A model generated the notes under the pieces. That model worked only from the letters and a program-made list of their open reading frames with translations. It searched no databases and was not told where the DNA came from. Positions 1 through 9,759 of a stretch of DNA of 64,000 nucleotides are shown here, in pieces. The translations under genes were made by a program, and so were the position numbers. The stretch comes from a virus (lineage: Duplodnaviria > Caudoviricetes): positions 96,001 through 160,000 of IMG/VR virus record IMGVR_UViG_3300028591_000081. One strand, written 5' to 3'. Positions within the stretch are counted from its first letter, which is position 1, and every line of letters begins with the position of its first letter.

Positions 1-14
1 GTGCCGCGTCTATT

Positions 15-665
15 GTGTCTAACAAACGACTTCCTTGGCTGGGCCGCTGTACATTCTCACTAGGTACCGGTACTGATGTAAATAAGAAGCCAGCGATTCG
101 TATGGCGATTCTTCCTTGGGATCACTCTACGAAGAGTAACAAGGAAGATGCTTGGGAATGTGTGCGTACCTGTGCATCAGCTCAAGACTTGGATGAAGAT
201 ATGGTTGATGATGCTTCCAAAGGTCAGAAATCTTCTGGTTCTACAACCCCATCTCCAGCTCCGCAAGCGGGACAGGCTACGAACCCCCTCATTCAGGCGG
301 CGACTCAAGGACAGGCATCACAGTCAGGCCAGCCTCAGAATCAGATTCAGGCGCAACAACAGATTGGCCACAGTCCTGAGGAAGCCACGGACGCACAGAA
401 ACGGGCTATGCTTGCCCAGCAGGAAACCGCAGACCCGGCAAAGTATGCTCAATCGTTGTTCTCGGTAGTCAGTAAGAAGTTCGCCTCTGCGGCTGGCCGG
501 GACACCGTTTCTGATTACAAGGTATTCTGCAAGTGGCGTGATATTCTGTACGACACAACCCATCCTGAAGAGAATGGTCTGGTTAAGGTTACTGCTGAAG
601 ACATGGCGTCGAAACATACCAACTTCAGAGGGAGAACGAAGGCCGCCCAGTGGATTCTTTTTTAA
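15..665 (+). CDS. Hypothetical protein, probably 5'-truncated by the window edge; Q/P-rich linker
   Basis: 216-aa ORF at window start, followed by a terminator. Confidence 0.6.
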   Translation: MSNKRLPWLGRCTFSLGTGTDVNKKPAIRMAILPWDHSTKSNKEDAWECVRTCASAQDLDEDMVDDASKGQKSSGSTTPSPAPQAGQATNPLIQAATQGQASQSGQPQNQIQAQQQIGHSPEEATDAQKRAMLAQQETADPAKYAQSLFSVVSKKFASAAGRDTVSDYKVFCKWRDILYDTTHPEENGLVKVTAEDMASKHTNFRGRTKAAQWILF

Positions 666-691
666 CGGCCCGCGTATCACATTTTTTGTCA

Positions 692-723
692 AAAAGCGTC
701 CGGTTTGGACGCTTTTATTTTTT
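692..723 (+). terminator. Intrinsic terminator
   Basis: aaaagcgtcc-ggttt-ggacgctttt hairpin followed by T-rich run. Confidence 0.8.
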
Positions 724-724
724 A

Positions 725-764
725 TGGTGCTGAGAGAAATTTCTTTGGAAAAGTGTGTTAGGAT
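725..764 (+). promoter_or_regulatory. Phage promoter motif copy 1
   Basis: TGGTGCTGA (725-733), 22 nt, TGtTAGGAT. Confidence 0.75.
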
Positions 765-810
765 GTAGTCCGTATTTCAGGTATTTGGTTTTAACCTGAG
801 TGGAGATGTC

Positions 811-1638
811 ATGGCAAAACGTTTACAGGTTCCAAAGAAATCTCAAGTGAAGAGGGATGATTCTGTGGACAATCTCGTTTGGAAGCAACGACTACGTGCG
901 TATGCCCTAAAACCTTTGTTGCCGATTCCTGCAATGCCAAGCAAGGCAGAACTTTCCCGCATGTTCATTCAAGAGGGCAGTCGGTTCTTGCAGATGATGA
1001 GACCTAACACAGTCAGGGTATGGATGTATAACAGAAAGACCCTTACCGGGCTATTGTATCATCTGTTATTCCGATACACTGATTATGAGAAGGACTGCTT
1101 CACGGCGGCCATGGATCAGTTCAGCGTGTACAGTGACGCCGAGCTTCTGGCTTCCAAGTTTACCTACAAGGATTACAAGATTCCTGAAGAACGGTTGTGC
1201 GTGATCCAGTTAGGAACTGCGGCCAGAAATGCGTATCTCACCGAAATCTTGAATGAAGTGGTCCGTCACCGTCTTAAACGCGTAGACCGTTCCAGAACCA
1301 TCTTTTTGTTTGAGGGTACCAGAACGGACTTCCAGCTCATGTTTGGAAAGGTGGGAGAATGCACGCTGGACAGGGATGAGTATGTAATTGATTGGAATTC
1401 TGATGCGGAGAGATGCACGAACAGAGCAAACCACATCAGTGAGGATATCATTTCAAGAACCGCTCCTGCTTCGATTCAACACAATCAGAATACTCCAGTT
1501 GCTCCAAAGACTGTGTTTGAAGAGACCACAAAACCGAAACTAAAGTCTAAGACCTATACAAAGCCGTCAAAGGCCCGTCCAGAGGTGGCCGATGTAGATT
1601 CTGGTCCATTTAACTCTGATCCAGAAGAGTTCTTCTGA
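811..1638 (+). CDS. Hypothetical protein in replication cluster
   Basis: 275-aa ORF with GGAG RBS; no motif recognised. Confidence 0.7.
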   Translation: MAKRLQVPKKSQVKRDDSVDNLVWKQRLRAYALKPLLPIPAMPSKAELSRMFIQEGSRFLQMMRPNTVRVWMYNRKTLTGLLYHLLFRYTDYEKDCFTAAMDQFSVYSDAELLASKFTYKDYKIPEERLCVIQLGTAARNAYLTEILNEVVRHRLKRVDRSRTIFLFEGTRTDFQLMFGKVGECTLDRDEYVIDWNSDAERCTNRANHISEDIISRTAPASIQHNQNTPVAPKTVFEETTKPKLKSKTYTKPSKARPEVADVDSGPFNSDPEEFF

Positions 1639-1716
1639 TCAGTCCTCCAACGGAACCAAAAGAAGACAGAGTTCCAAGGGGCCAGCAGTGCCCAGATACA
1701 CACATAGGAGAGATAT

Positions 1717-2802
1717 ATGAACCTTGGGTTTTCTTTGAGAAAAAATTTTGAGTTCGTTCAAAAACTTATTCCAGTTCCTTACGGATTCTTGGAGACAGAC
1801 ATCAGTACGATTCGCTTTCTTGGTGAAGGAGAGCTGGAAGTAGAGTTGAGCCATGCTATGGAGCTTGGGGACGGGTTTATAGTTCCGAAGAAGCTGGTTC
1901 AGAAGAAGATTTTCCCAATCATTGGTATTTCCGGACTTCTCATGCAGGATTATCTCAACGACTCTTTAGGTTCTTTTGGCCCGGCGATTGAGGCTCTTGT
2001 TCAGGAAAGCATAATGCGCAACATTCGGCACTTTGTGTTTTACATCCCAAAAGGCAGTGCCGAAGTAGTGGATGTTCTTCCTATGTTTGACAAAGATCTG
2101 AAACCCATTGCAGAAGACCATACGGATTTGCAACTCAATTACGATACGCTCACTCCACTTCCATACCTCAAAGGACTTCTTGCGGAATGTTCTGAGAACG
2201 GAGAAATTGATTCGTGTTCTGATAAGTTCGATGATGTGTTTGTTTTCGACATCTCATGCGATGACGACAAATTCGAAATGAGCTTTTCTCCGGACATTGC
2301 AGAAAACAATGGAGGGGTAGTACCGGATCTCTATTGTGAACTACAACTGAAGATGCCAGTGTCTTCAATGTCTCCTGCCCAGATTATTGGGAACATCCCT
2401 GCGAAATGTATTGGATGTGAGTTTACACTTCCTCAGAATTTTGCGAAAGGTAAGCATTCAGACAAATCAGCGCGTGAAGTGTATGACTATGTGTGCAAGT
2501 TCATGGCCATGCTCCGTGAAGAAGAGAGGAATTGGTACAGCGCGTACAAGAGTATGCTGGATTGGGACAAATGCACAGGAAAGGTTTGGGAATTTCTGTC
2601 TGGAACCCTTGGTCTTTTACTCGCCGCTGATGGAGGGGAGAACCTGTGGACAATTCAGGATATATGCCGAAGCATCAATGAAATGTTCAGCGAAGCGACG
2701 AAAGTGTCTGCTTCATTTAAGAAAAATGTAGGTAAATGCCTTGGGTACATGTTGGTGTGGCAAGCCTTGGGGTGCAGAACCTGTGAGCATCTCCCTGACT
2801 AA
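1717..2802 (+). CDS. Hypothetical protein
   Basis: 361-aa ORF with AGGAG RBS. Confidence 0.75.
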   Translation: MNLGFSLRKNFEFVQKLIPVPYGFLETDISTIRFLGEGELEVELSHAMELGDGFIVPKKLVQKKIFPIIGISGLLMQDYLNDSLGSFGPAIEALVQESIMRNIRHFVFYIPKGSAEVVDVLPMFDKDLKPIAEDHTDLQLNYDTLTPLPYLKGLLAECSENGEIDSCSDKFDDVFVFDISCDDDKFEMSFSPDIAENNGGVVPDLYCELQLKMPVSSMSPAQIIGNIPAKCIGCEFTLPQNFAKGKHSDKSAREVYDYVCKFMAMLREEERNWYSAYKSMLDWDKCTGKVWEFLSGTLGLLLAADGGENLWTIQDICRSINEMFSEATKVSASFKKNVGKCLGYMLVWQALGCRTCEHLPD

Positions 2803-2873
2803 TCCAGATACTGTGTATATCGCAAGCACGAAAGTGTGAATGACACTTCAGCGACTATGAAAAAGGGATTAGC

Positions 2874-4463
2874 ATGGGGAAGTTTACAGATTATCAGGCA
2901 AATGTTCCGGAGCGTACTGCCGACAGTGTTCGTCAGGAAGCGGAGACTTCATTCTGGCTTGTCGTGGCCGCGTCTTTGAATCAGACCTCTGATTTCTACC
3001 GAACGCTTTTTGCCGGAATGAGTGCAGAGAATGTCCTTGAAAACCTGAGTGGCATCAATGGACAAGCCTTCCAGATTGTTCAGTTTATGGCATCGTATTA
3101 TGACGACCATGACACGATGCCTTCAGAACAAGCCTTCAAAGATAGGTTCAGAGACAAGCCAGTCAAGGCCCGCGAAGGGTATAGCAAGACGGAACTTACC
3201 TCTCATTGTGACAAAGTCATCACTTGTGCAAAGAGGTTCGGATATTTACGCACGCTTACCGAAATGGCCAAGCATGTGATTGCAGATGGCATTACGGCCA
3301 CCGATGCGCAGAGTATTTACAAAATGTCGGTGGAGGGGATGCCCGATCAGATCGAGATGGATCCTCTGGAAGAGCTCAAACGTCGTAAAGAGGCGGGTGG
3401 GTATCGTGTGTTTGTGGAGGAACTTGACAAGAACTGCCGAGGTATAAAGAAAGGTTCCGTGGCTACGATTGCCGCGTATGCCGGTGGGTTCAAGACATGC
3501 TGGGCAATCAATATAGCTCTCAGGAATGCTTTGGACAAAAAGCATATCGTGTACATTTCTTTTGAGGTCGATAAGGCCCAGCTATACGCACGACTTTACT
3601 CTGCCCTCTCTCGATGCCCTGAGAGTCCTCTGGCTAAGAATGACGCCATACCGTTCGAAGCCGTGTTTCATCAGATTATGTCCCCCAAGCAACAGGAAGA
3701 TTTGGAGAATGTTATTGTTCCGTTTTACAATCAGAACGTCAAACCGTATCTCACGCTTCTGGATGAGTCCGACATCGCACCCACCGATATGGATGAGGAT
3801 GAACTCACTCAGTTGCTGTACCGTATTGACGACCAACGTCCGATTGATGTGTTAGTGGTTGACCATATCGGTATGACGAAGTTCTATCGCGCCCATGGAA
3901 AAAACAAAGGGATTGCCCGGGACGAATTCAGCCAGATTAACAACTACGTGTCATATTTTCGCAGTAAAGCCGTCAACTTCAGAATAGGGGCCGACGGTCA
4001 TCCAAGAGAGCTTGGGGTTCTTTTACTGTGCCAGATCAATCGACAGGGTTATGAGCGTGCTTTGAAGGATTCCCAGAACAACGACACAAAGGATGAGGCG
4101 ACTTCTCATCATGGTCGATACACACTGACCAGTCTTGCGGAAGCAAATGAAGTGGAGAAGGCTTCTAGCTACGTCTTCACGATTTTCGCAAACCGTGAGA
4201 GCAATACAGCCTTCATCCAGTTGTTGAAGAATCGAAACGGTGCCCCTTTGGAAGACGGCGTATGTACTCCCATCGAGCCAGAATACAGTCGGTTCGGAGA
4301 CCTTACCATAGTTCCTGAGGACGCTCTGTATGCAGACCTTGGAAAAACGGCAACAATCCCGGCCAATACTTTCGGGGACAACATCGAGTCAGACCTTGAT
4401 ACAGGCAACCTCCTGTCCTATGTCCTGACCGATGATATGACTTTCACAGACACTCATCTTTAG
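2874..4463 (+). CDS. DnaB-like (SF4) replicative helicase
   Basis: Walker A AAYAGGFKT, YISFE, Walker B VLVVDHIG, LLCQINR, LLKNRNG. Confidence 0.88.
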   Translation: MGKFTDYQANVPERTADSVRQEAETSFWLVVAASLNQTSDFYRTLFAGMSAENVLENLSGINGQAFQIVQFMASYYDDHDTMPSEQAFKDRFRDKPVKAREGYSKTELTSHCDKVITCAKRFGYLRTLTEMAKHVIADGITATDAQSIYKMSVEGMPDQIEMDPLEELKRRKEAGGYRVFVEELDKNCRGIKKGSVATIAAYAGGFKTCWAINIALRNALDKKHIVYISFEVDKAQLYARLYSALSRCPESPLAKNDAIPFEAVFHQIMSPKQQEDLENVIVPFYNQNVKPYLTLLDESDIAPTDMDEDELTQLLYRIDDQRPIDVLVVDHIGMTKFYRAHGKNKGIARDEFSQINNYVSYFRSKAVNFRIGADGHPRELGVLLLCQINRQGYERALKDSQNNDTKDEATSHHGRYTLTSLAEANEVEKASSYVFTIFANRESNTAFIQLLKNRNGAPLEDGVCTPIEPEYSRFGDLTIVPEDALYADLGKTATIPANTFGDNIESDLDTGNLLSYVLTDDMTFTDTHL

Positions 4464-4474
4464 GAGAACCTTAC

Positions 4475-4894
4475 ATGTCTACTGACCCAAAAATGTACGA
4501 ATTTTTGAAGAACCTCAATGCGGAAATCAAGAAATGGATCTTGCCAGAAACGGAGATGAAGCTGGTCGAGGTTCGTGTAATGACTGCAAAGTCCAGTGTT
4601 CAGGAACTGTCCGAAGTGTGGTCTGCGGTAGTTCGGCAACGTACTCTAGTCTCCAACTCCGTGACGCATCTCAAGCTGATTATGTCTAACATTCGTGGAG
4701 TCATCAATTCGGCGGCGGACGGTTCCATGATGGGGCAGTCCATCCTACGTTCAAAGTCTGACCTTGACCGCCACATAAAGATGTGTGAGACGTATGTTGA
4801 TTCCTATAAGGAATACCTTGAATCCCTCAAGATCGCCCATGAGTACTACAAGAGCATGTCGTACCTTCTGGGTGCCCGTATAACCGATATTTAG
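4475..4894 (+). CDS. Hypothetical helical/coiled-coil protein
   Basis: 139-aa ORF with AGGAG RBS. Confidence 0.7.
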   Translation: MSTDPKMYEFLKNLNAEIKKWILPETEMKLVEVRVMTAKSSVQELSEVWSAVVRQRTLVSNSVTHLKLIMSNIRGVINSAADGSMMGQSILRSKSDLDRHIKMCETYVDSYKEYLESLKIAHEYYKSMSYLLGARITDI

Positions 4895-4903
4895 GAGACC
4901 TGT

Positions 4904-5098
4904 ATGAGTAGTGATGTTCGCGACACGGTGTTGGAATACTTTCCCACCAAAACCTCTTGGTATCAGGCTCAGGAATCTGAACGAAAGAAATTTGAGGACA
5001 TGATTCAGCGCGTCAGTCATATCACTGAAGCCATAGATGCCCGAGTACAGAAGTATATTTATAACCGTAAAGATTCCAGTGAGGGGAAGTATGAGTAG
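4904..5098 (+). CDS. Small hypothetical protein
   Basis: 64-aa ORF with AGGAG RBS. Confidence 0.65.
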   Translation: MSSDVRDTVLEYFPTKTSWYQAQESERKKFEDMIQRVSHITEAIDARVQKYIYNRKDSSEGKYE

Positions 5099-5363
5099 TC
5101 AAGACATGGATTTGAAGACGCTCAAAGAAAGGTGGGCACAGTACGAACAGGGTATCCAAGATATGCAGAAACGGAAGAAACCCCAGACATGCCATCAATG
5201 CGGTGCTTGTATCCGCCCCGGGGACACCCTATGGGTCAAGCCGATGGACGACAAGGTTTACTGCTGTGCGGAATGCTTTGTGGAAGATCATTTTGGGTAT
5301 GTCCTTGAAGGCTCGCCCGGTGACAATGATTACGAATCTTGGTTCGAAGACAACAACGTATAG
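5091..5363 (+). CDS. Small zinc-finger-like protein
   Basis: CHQC...YCCAEC motif; overlaps the upstream stop codon. Confidence 0.65.
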   Translation: MSSQDMDLKTLKERWAQYEQGIQDMQKRKKPQTCHQCGACIRPGDTLWVKPMDDKVYCCAECFVEDHFGYVLEGSPGDNDYESWFEDNNV

Positions 5364-5380
5364 GGATCCTAGGAGGCTTC

Positions 5381-6561
5381 ATGCTTAATCCAAAAACAAA
5401 TCAACGCGAGCTGGCTTACATTACCACGGTTACAGACACAAAGACTCTTGATGGGTATGACCGTGTTCATTATGTTCATGTCCTTGGGTGGTGGTGTGTG
5501 GCATCCAAGGACATTCAGGTCGGAGATCGGGTGATCTATTTCGAGGTGGATTCAGTTCTTCCGGAGAGCGATAAACGGTTCCTTTTCATGGCACCACGGA
5601 AGTATCGAGTAAAAACTCAAAAGATGTGCAAGGTTATTTCTCAGGGGCTGGTGTTGCCTGTGAAAGATTTTCCAGAAATTGCCCAGTGTCAAGATGGAGA
5701 CTTTGTGACGGACAAACTCGGCGTAACCTTGTTTGACTCGGATCTTGGAAAGCCTGTCCAGAAAGGTAAAGTGAATGCGTTTACCAAGGCTATGGACAGG
5801 CACAAGAAGTTCTTTTCATTTCCTCTGGTGAAGTTCTTTATGCGTTATCGCTGGTTCCGTTTCTTGATGACAAAGATCTTCGTCAAGAAAAAGGACACGT
5901 ACAGTTGGCCAGCGTGGCTGACAAAAACCAATCAAGAGCGCGTTCAGAATGTACCTATGCTGTTCGAGGACAAAAAGCCAAATGGATTTTGACCGAGAAG
6001 GTGGATGGTATGTCCACCTCCGCGTGGCTGGATGAGAAGAACGTGTACGGTGTCGGGTCACATAATGTTGTGGTCTTTCACAGTAAGAAGCCTGAGTCCA
6101 AGGCCGTCGGTGAATCCAGCTCTTACGTTCAATCCAACGTGTGGTACGAACAGGCCGAACATTACAACCTCCATGACGTGCTGAAACGGATGAAGGAAAA
6201 ATACGAACTCAAGACCGTTGCCATTCAAGGGGAGACTTACGGAGACGGGATCCAGAAACGCACCTACGGGTTGAAACGTGACAAGCATGACTTCGTCGTG
6301 TTTCATATCCTGTTTAACGGGGCACGAGTGTCGATACCTTGCTTGGTGTCCCTGTGTGAGGAATTTAACCTTCCGCATGTACATGTATTTGACTGGTGCT
6401 ACACCTTACCGGATACTGTGGAAGACCTCATTGCTGAGGTGGATTCCAAGCAATCTGCCATTGATAGTGGAATGATTGAGGGATTCGTGCTGTACTCGCA
6501 GGACGGGCAGACCAGCTATAAATGTGTGTCGCCGTCATTCCTGCTGAAATATCACGGATAA
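5381..6561 (+). CDS. ATP-dependent RNA ligase (DRB0094-like: OB fold plus nucleotidyltransferase), split by a -1 frameshift at ~5972-5977
   Basis: N-part (5381-5992) has IYFEVDSVLP and ISQGLVLP; C-part has motif I EKVDG, QGETYG, EGFVL and YKCVS. Confidence 0.85.
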
Positions 6562-6570
6562 ACCGATTTG

Positions 6571-6610
6571 TGGTGCTGAAGCGAGATTGGAGGATTTCGT
6601 GTGTTATAGT
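6571..6610 (+). promoter_or_regulatory. Phage promoter motif copy 2
   Basis: TGGTGCTGA, 22 nt, TGtTATAGT. Confidence 0.8.
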
Positions 6611-6684
6611 GCCTTATGTCAGCACGGCACGGGGCAATGACGCTTCACCGGATTTGCTGATACGCGCAATAAGGGGCGCATGTT

Positions 6685-7617
6685 ATGTGTAAAATCTCTC
6701 TCACGAATTCCAATCTCGTTTCCTTCTGCTCTTGCCGTCGTCAGTACGACTATAAATTCAACAAGGGTATTGTTCCTGTCGAGAATGCCAAGAGCTACGA
6801 TAATGCCGTCGCTCTCAAAGAGGCTCTGATCACTGTCGCACTGTCTCATTCGGAACATCTTAGTGCAGAGGACTGTATTGCACAGGCTCTTCTGACTCTC
6901 AAAAGCAAGGGGCTTGAGATGCAGGATGAGGCCCGTTTAGAGGCGGCCATTCGTGCGTATGTGAAACGTTATTATGATCCAGATTCTCAGGACTGGGAAG
7001 TTGTGTCCGGTACTCCCAATGCGGGTGTGACTGTGCCGATGACTCCAAACGTCACCTATACGACCTACCTAGATTATGTGGTTCGTAACCGCAAGTCTGG
7101 GAAGACCTTTGTCGTCGTCAACAAGTCCTCGTCTACTCTCGGGGATGATTTCATGTGTAGGTTCTTCATTGACAATGAAATCCGCTTGCAGGTGATTGCC
7201 GCAAAACAGCTCCTTGGCTGTGAGGTGGATGGCGTAATCATCAATGCCGTGACGCGTCCTCAGCACAAGATCAAGGTAGGTGAAACGGATGAGGAGTATG
7301 CCGAGCGCAATAATGCCCGCAAGGGTAAAGCTGACCTCAAACGGAAAGTTGGGGAATCTCGTGAGGAATTCGTGTCCCGTGTCGTTGAGGATTACTCTGA
7401 CGAGTCCTTGAAACGTGCGACTATCGTGTTCACAGAGGCCCAGCTCAATCAGGCTATGTCTACCGTGATTGCAGTGGCGTCCGACATGATGGCCTGTAAA
7501 TCCTTCTATCCCAATACCTCTGAATGCACCAAGTATGGGAAGTGTCCATATACGGCCTTGTGCATGAGGGATGGAGACCTTTCGAAAGTTTCGGATCAGT
7601 ACACGATAAAGAAGTAA
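6685..7617 (+). CDS. Cas4/RecB-like PD-(D/E)XK superfamily protein with degenerate active site
   Basis: N-terminal SFCSCRRQY, C-terminal CTKYGKCPYTALC cluster, YLD...VVNKS core. Confidence 0.7.
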   Translation: MCKISLTNSNLVSFCSCRRQYDYKFNKGIVPVENAKSYDNAVALKEALITVALSHSEHLSAEDCIAQALLTLKSKGLEMQDEARLEAAIRAYVKRYYDPDSQDWEVVSGTPNAGVTVPMTPNVTYTTYLDYVVRNRKSGKTFVVVNKSSSTLGDDFMCRFFIDNEIRLQVIAAKQLLGCEVDGVIINAVTRPQHKIKVGETDEEYAERNNARKGKADLKRKVGESREEFVSRVVEDYSDESLKRATIVFTEAQLNQAMSTVIAVASDMMACKSFYPNTSECTKYGKCPYTALCMRDGDLSKVSDQYTIKK

Positions 7618-7686
7618 TCTGGGTCAACGTTCCTTGAATTTCTGTCCGGTCATTCCTGACCGGGTACTTATACAGAGAGATATAGT

Positions 7687-8055
7687 ATGGCAAAGCGTAA
7701 GATGATTTGGATTCCGAAGACCGGGAAAATTGAGACGATTACCATCGACGACGATTTGGACAGCGTTCGTGCAAAGATCGGTTGTGACTTGATAGATATG
7801 TTTGCTGTCGGAGAATCCAGCGACGGTTCCCTTAGTTACGATTTCATTTGTGACGATGAGGGAATGCTGGTGGCGGACAGTATGGAGGATCACAATATCA
7901 ACAGCTTCTCTGTCGCACCTTACCGACTAGGGATTTTCCGTCAGCCTCTGTTTGGGAATCTTCTTATGTGTGCTGTGGATAATGAGACCGGCGAATACGC
8001 AGATCTGAATGTGACAGAGGCCAAGAGAATCCTCAAAAAGTTGTACATGCTGTGA
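7687..8055 (+). CDS. DUF3846-like protein
   Basis: ICDDEGML...FGNLLMC pattern. Confidence 0.6.
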   Translation: MAKRKMIWIPKTGKIETITIDDDLDSVRAKIGCDLIDMFAVGESSDGSLSYDFICDDEGMLVADSMEDHNINSFSVAPYRLGIFRQPLFGNLLMCAVDNETGEYADLNVTEAKRILKKLYML

Positions 8056-8071
8056 TTTATGGTGGAGTGCC

Positions 8072-8401
8072 ATGCTCGTTAGGAATCTTAAATACCTGTC
8101 TTATGAGCTGTCTCGTAGGCTCGAAGATCGATTGTGGTACTCCCATGTCCATTACAATCATCACGACAGACGGTTTGAATTGTTCTTCGGGGGGTTTGGA
8201 AAGCGTTGCGACAAACCCCTTGAAATTTATGTGTCTCATGCGCACAACACGTGGAAAGACTCATCCATGACAGTTCAGCTCGTTCTCAATGATGAGGTTC
8301 TGGATAGTGTCATTGTCTATCCCGGCGAAGAGTTCCCAGAGCCTTGGTTCGAGAGCTTGTGTAACACCTTGGGGCTAATCCGTGATCGGGATATTTTATG
8401 A
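8072..8401 (+). CDS. Hypothetical protein
   Basis: 109-aa ORF with GGAG RBS. Confidence 0.65.
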   Translation: MLVRNLKYLSYELSRRLEDRLWYSHVHYNHHDRRFELFFGGFGKRCDKPLEIYVSHAHNTWKDSSMTVQLVLNDEVLDSVIVYPGEEFPEPWFESLCNTLGLIRDRDIL

Positions 8402-8462
8402 GACGGCGAGCAGGATTGATCAAATAGAGAAACAGATCTAACAAGATGAAGGAGATAAAACA

Positions 8463-8855
8463 ATGACAGCACAAGAACTGATAAACGAACGACAACAGCT
8501 CTTCGAGGCGGTAAAACATAAGGCCGTGAAATGTTCTGATAGAACTCAGCTTTGCGCGGCTATTTATCCGTGGGTTTTGAATCTAGTTCGTGAATATGCG
8601 GACAAGCCAACTACCCGTTATGCAGTAGAATCTTTTAGAATGGAACTCTCCGATTTCCATCAGGCTCTGTATGTACACTTGTTAGCAATGCCGCGAGTGG
8701 TATCTCCGGATAGCAACCCCTTAGACCTCAAACGCATACGAGACGAGGCTTTGGAGGCATCCATTGAAATGGCAGAAAGTATCGCAAACTTAGAAGTAGA
8801 CCAGTTTAGCATTAAGCTATCGGACGTTATGGCTCGCTTTGTGGAGGACTTGTAA
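8463..8855 (+). CDS. Hypothetical protein
   Basis: 130-aa ORF with AAGGAG RBS. Confidence 0.7.
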   Translation: MTAQELINERQQLFEAVKHKAVKCSDRTQLCAAIYPWVLNLVREYADKPTTRYAVESFRMELSDFHQALYVHLLAMPRVVSPDSNPLDLKRIRDEALEASIEMAESIANLEVDQFSIKLSDVMARFVEDL

Positions 8856-9103
8856 TGAATTTCATGTCTGGATTTGGACGGCCTGTATTGAATGGGGAGC
8901 TGGTATTCACTCCAGTAACGGAGAAACAGTTGCGGTATATAGCGCACATACAGGCATGTTTGGATGTTGAACCTTTTTATGGGACAACAAAGGAATCTGC
9001 GGCTCTCTGGCTGGAACGTTACGCGCCTATGTATGAATCCTATATGTTGCAGATGCAGGCAGAATTCATCGATCATAACGAGAATTACGGAGACAGGGTT
9101 TGA
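8855..9103 (+). CDS. Hypothetical protein
   Basis: 82-aa ORF, TAATG coupling to upstream gene. Confidence 0.65.
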   Translation: MNFMSGFGRPVLNGELVFTPVTEKQLRYIAHIQACLDVEPFYGTTKESAALWLERYAPMYESYMLQMQAEFIDHNENYGDRV

Positions 9104-9759
9104 TGCAAATTTCTTCGTCAACAAAGGCTGGATACCCACGCATTTATGTTGGTGGTGCAGTAGACAGCCTACTTCGGTACCTATCGATCCATCATAAGGA
9201 TATTCTGGCGTCCATGCACACCATAGGATTTGTCGCGGATTCTTCAGAAGACGCCGTCCCGGATGCTTCTATCAGTACGGATTCTGGTACTGAGGAGGTC
9301 GCTATGGTGTCTTCCCCTGTCAAAGAGTTGAGGGAGATTATCGAGTATTACAATAACATCGACTGGGATTTGAATCGACCCATCGTTATAAATCTCTCCA
9401 TGATCGTTGACCCAGAGGTGTCGTTCAAAGTTCAGTCCATGCTTCTGAAGTTCCTTGAAGAGACCTCTCATCGCGTAATCCTGCTGTCCATTGCAGATGA
9501 CCTTATGTCTACGATATTGTCCAGAGCCTCCTTGGTGTGTAAGATACCTGTTGTAGCAGATTACTCATTTGGAAAGGCGTGGGAAGCCAGAACCGACATG
9601 GCCGTAGATTTCAACGGAATCAGGCTACCATTGCCGATCTACAAGACTGAGAGTTTGAAAAGGTCCGTGGAGATGGCAAGAGTTGACACGATGTGCCGGA
9701 TGCATCATCATGGCCGGGGGTTTAAGGAACGCATTGCGAAGATTTTGGAGAAAGCCTGA
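9103..9759 (+). CDS. Degenerate clamp-loader (Pol III delta'/RFC-like) subunit
   Basis: QSMLLKFLEE...VILLS...LMSTILSRA resembles ANALLKTLEE...LLPTIRSRC. Confidence 0.6.
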   Translation: MQISSSTKAGYPRIYVGGAVDSLLRYLSIHHKDILASMHTIGFVADSSEDAVPDASISTDSGTEEVAMVSSPVKELREIIEYYNNIDWDLNRPIVINLSMIVDPEVSFKVQSMLLKFLEETSHRVILLSIADDLMSTILSRASLVCKIPVVADYSFGKAWEARTDMAVDFNGIRLPLPIYKTESLKRSVEMARVDTMCRMHHHGRGFKERIAKILEKA

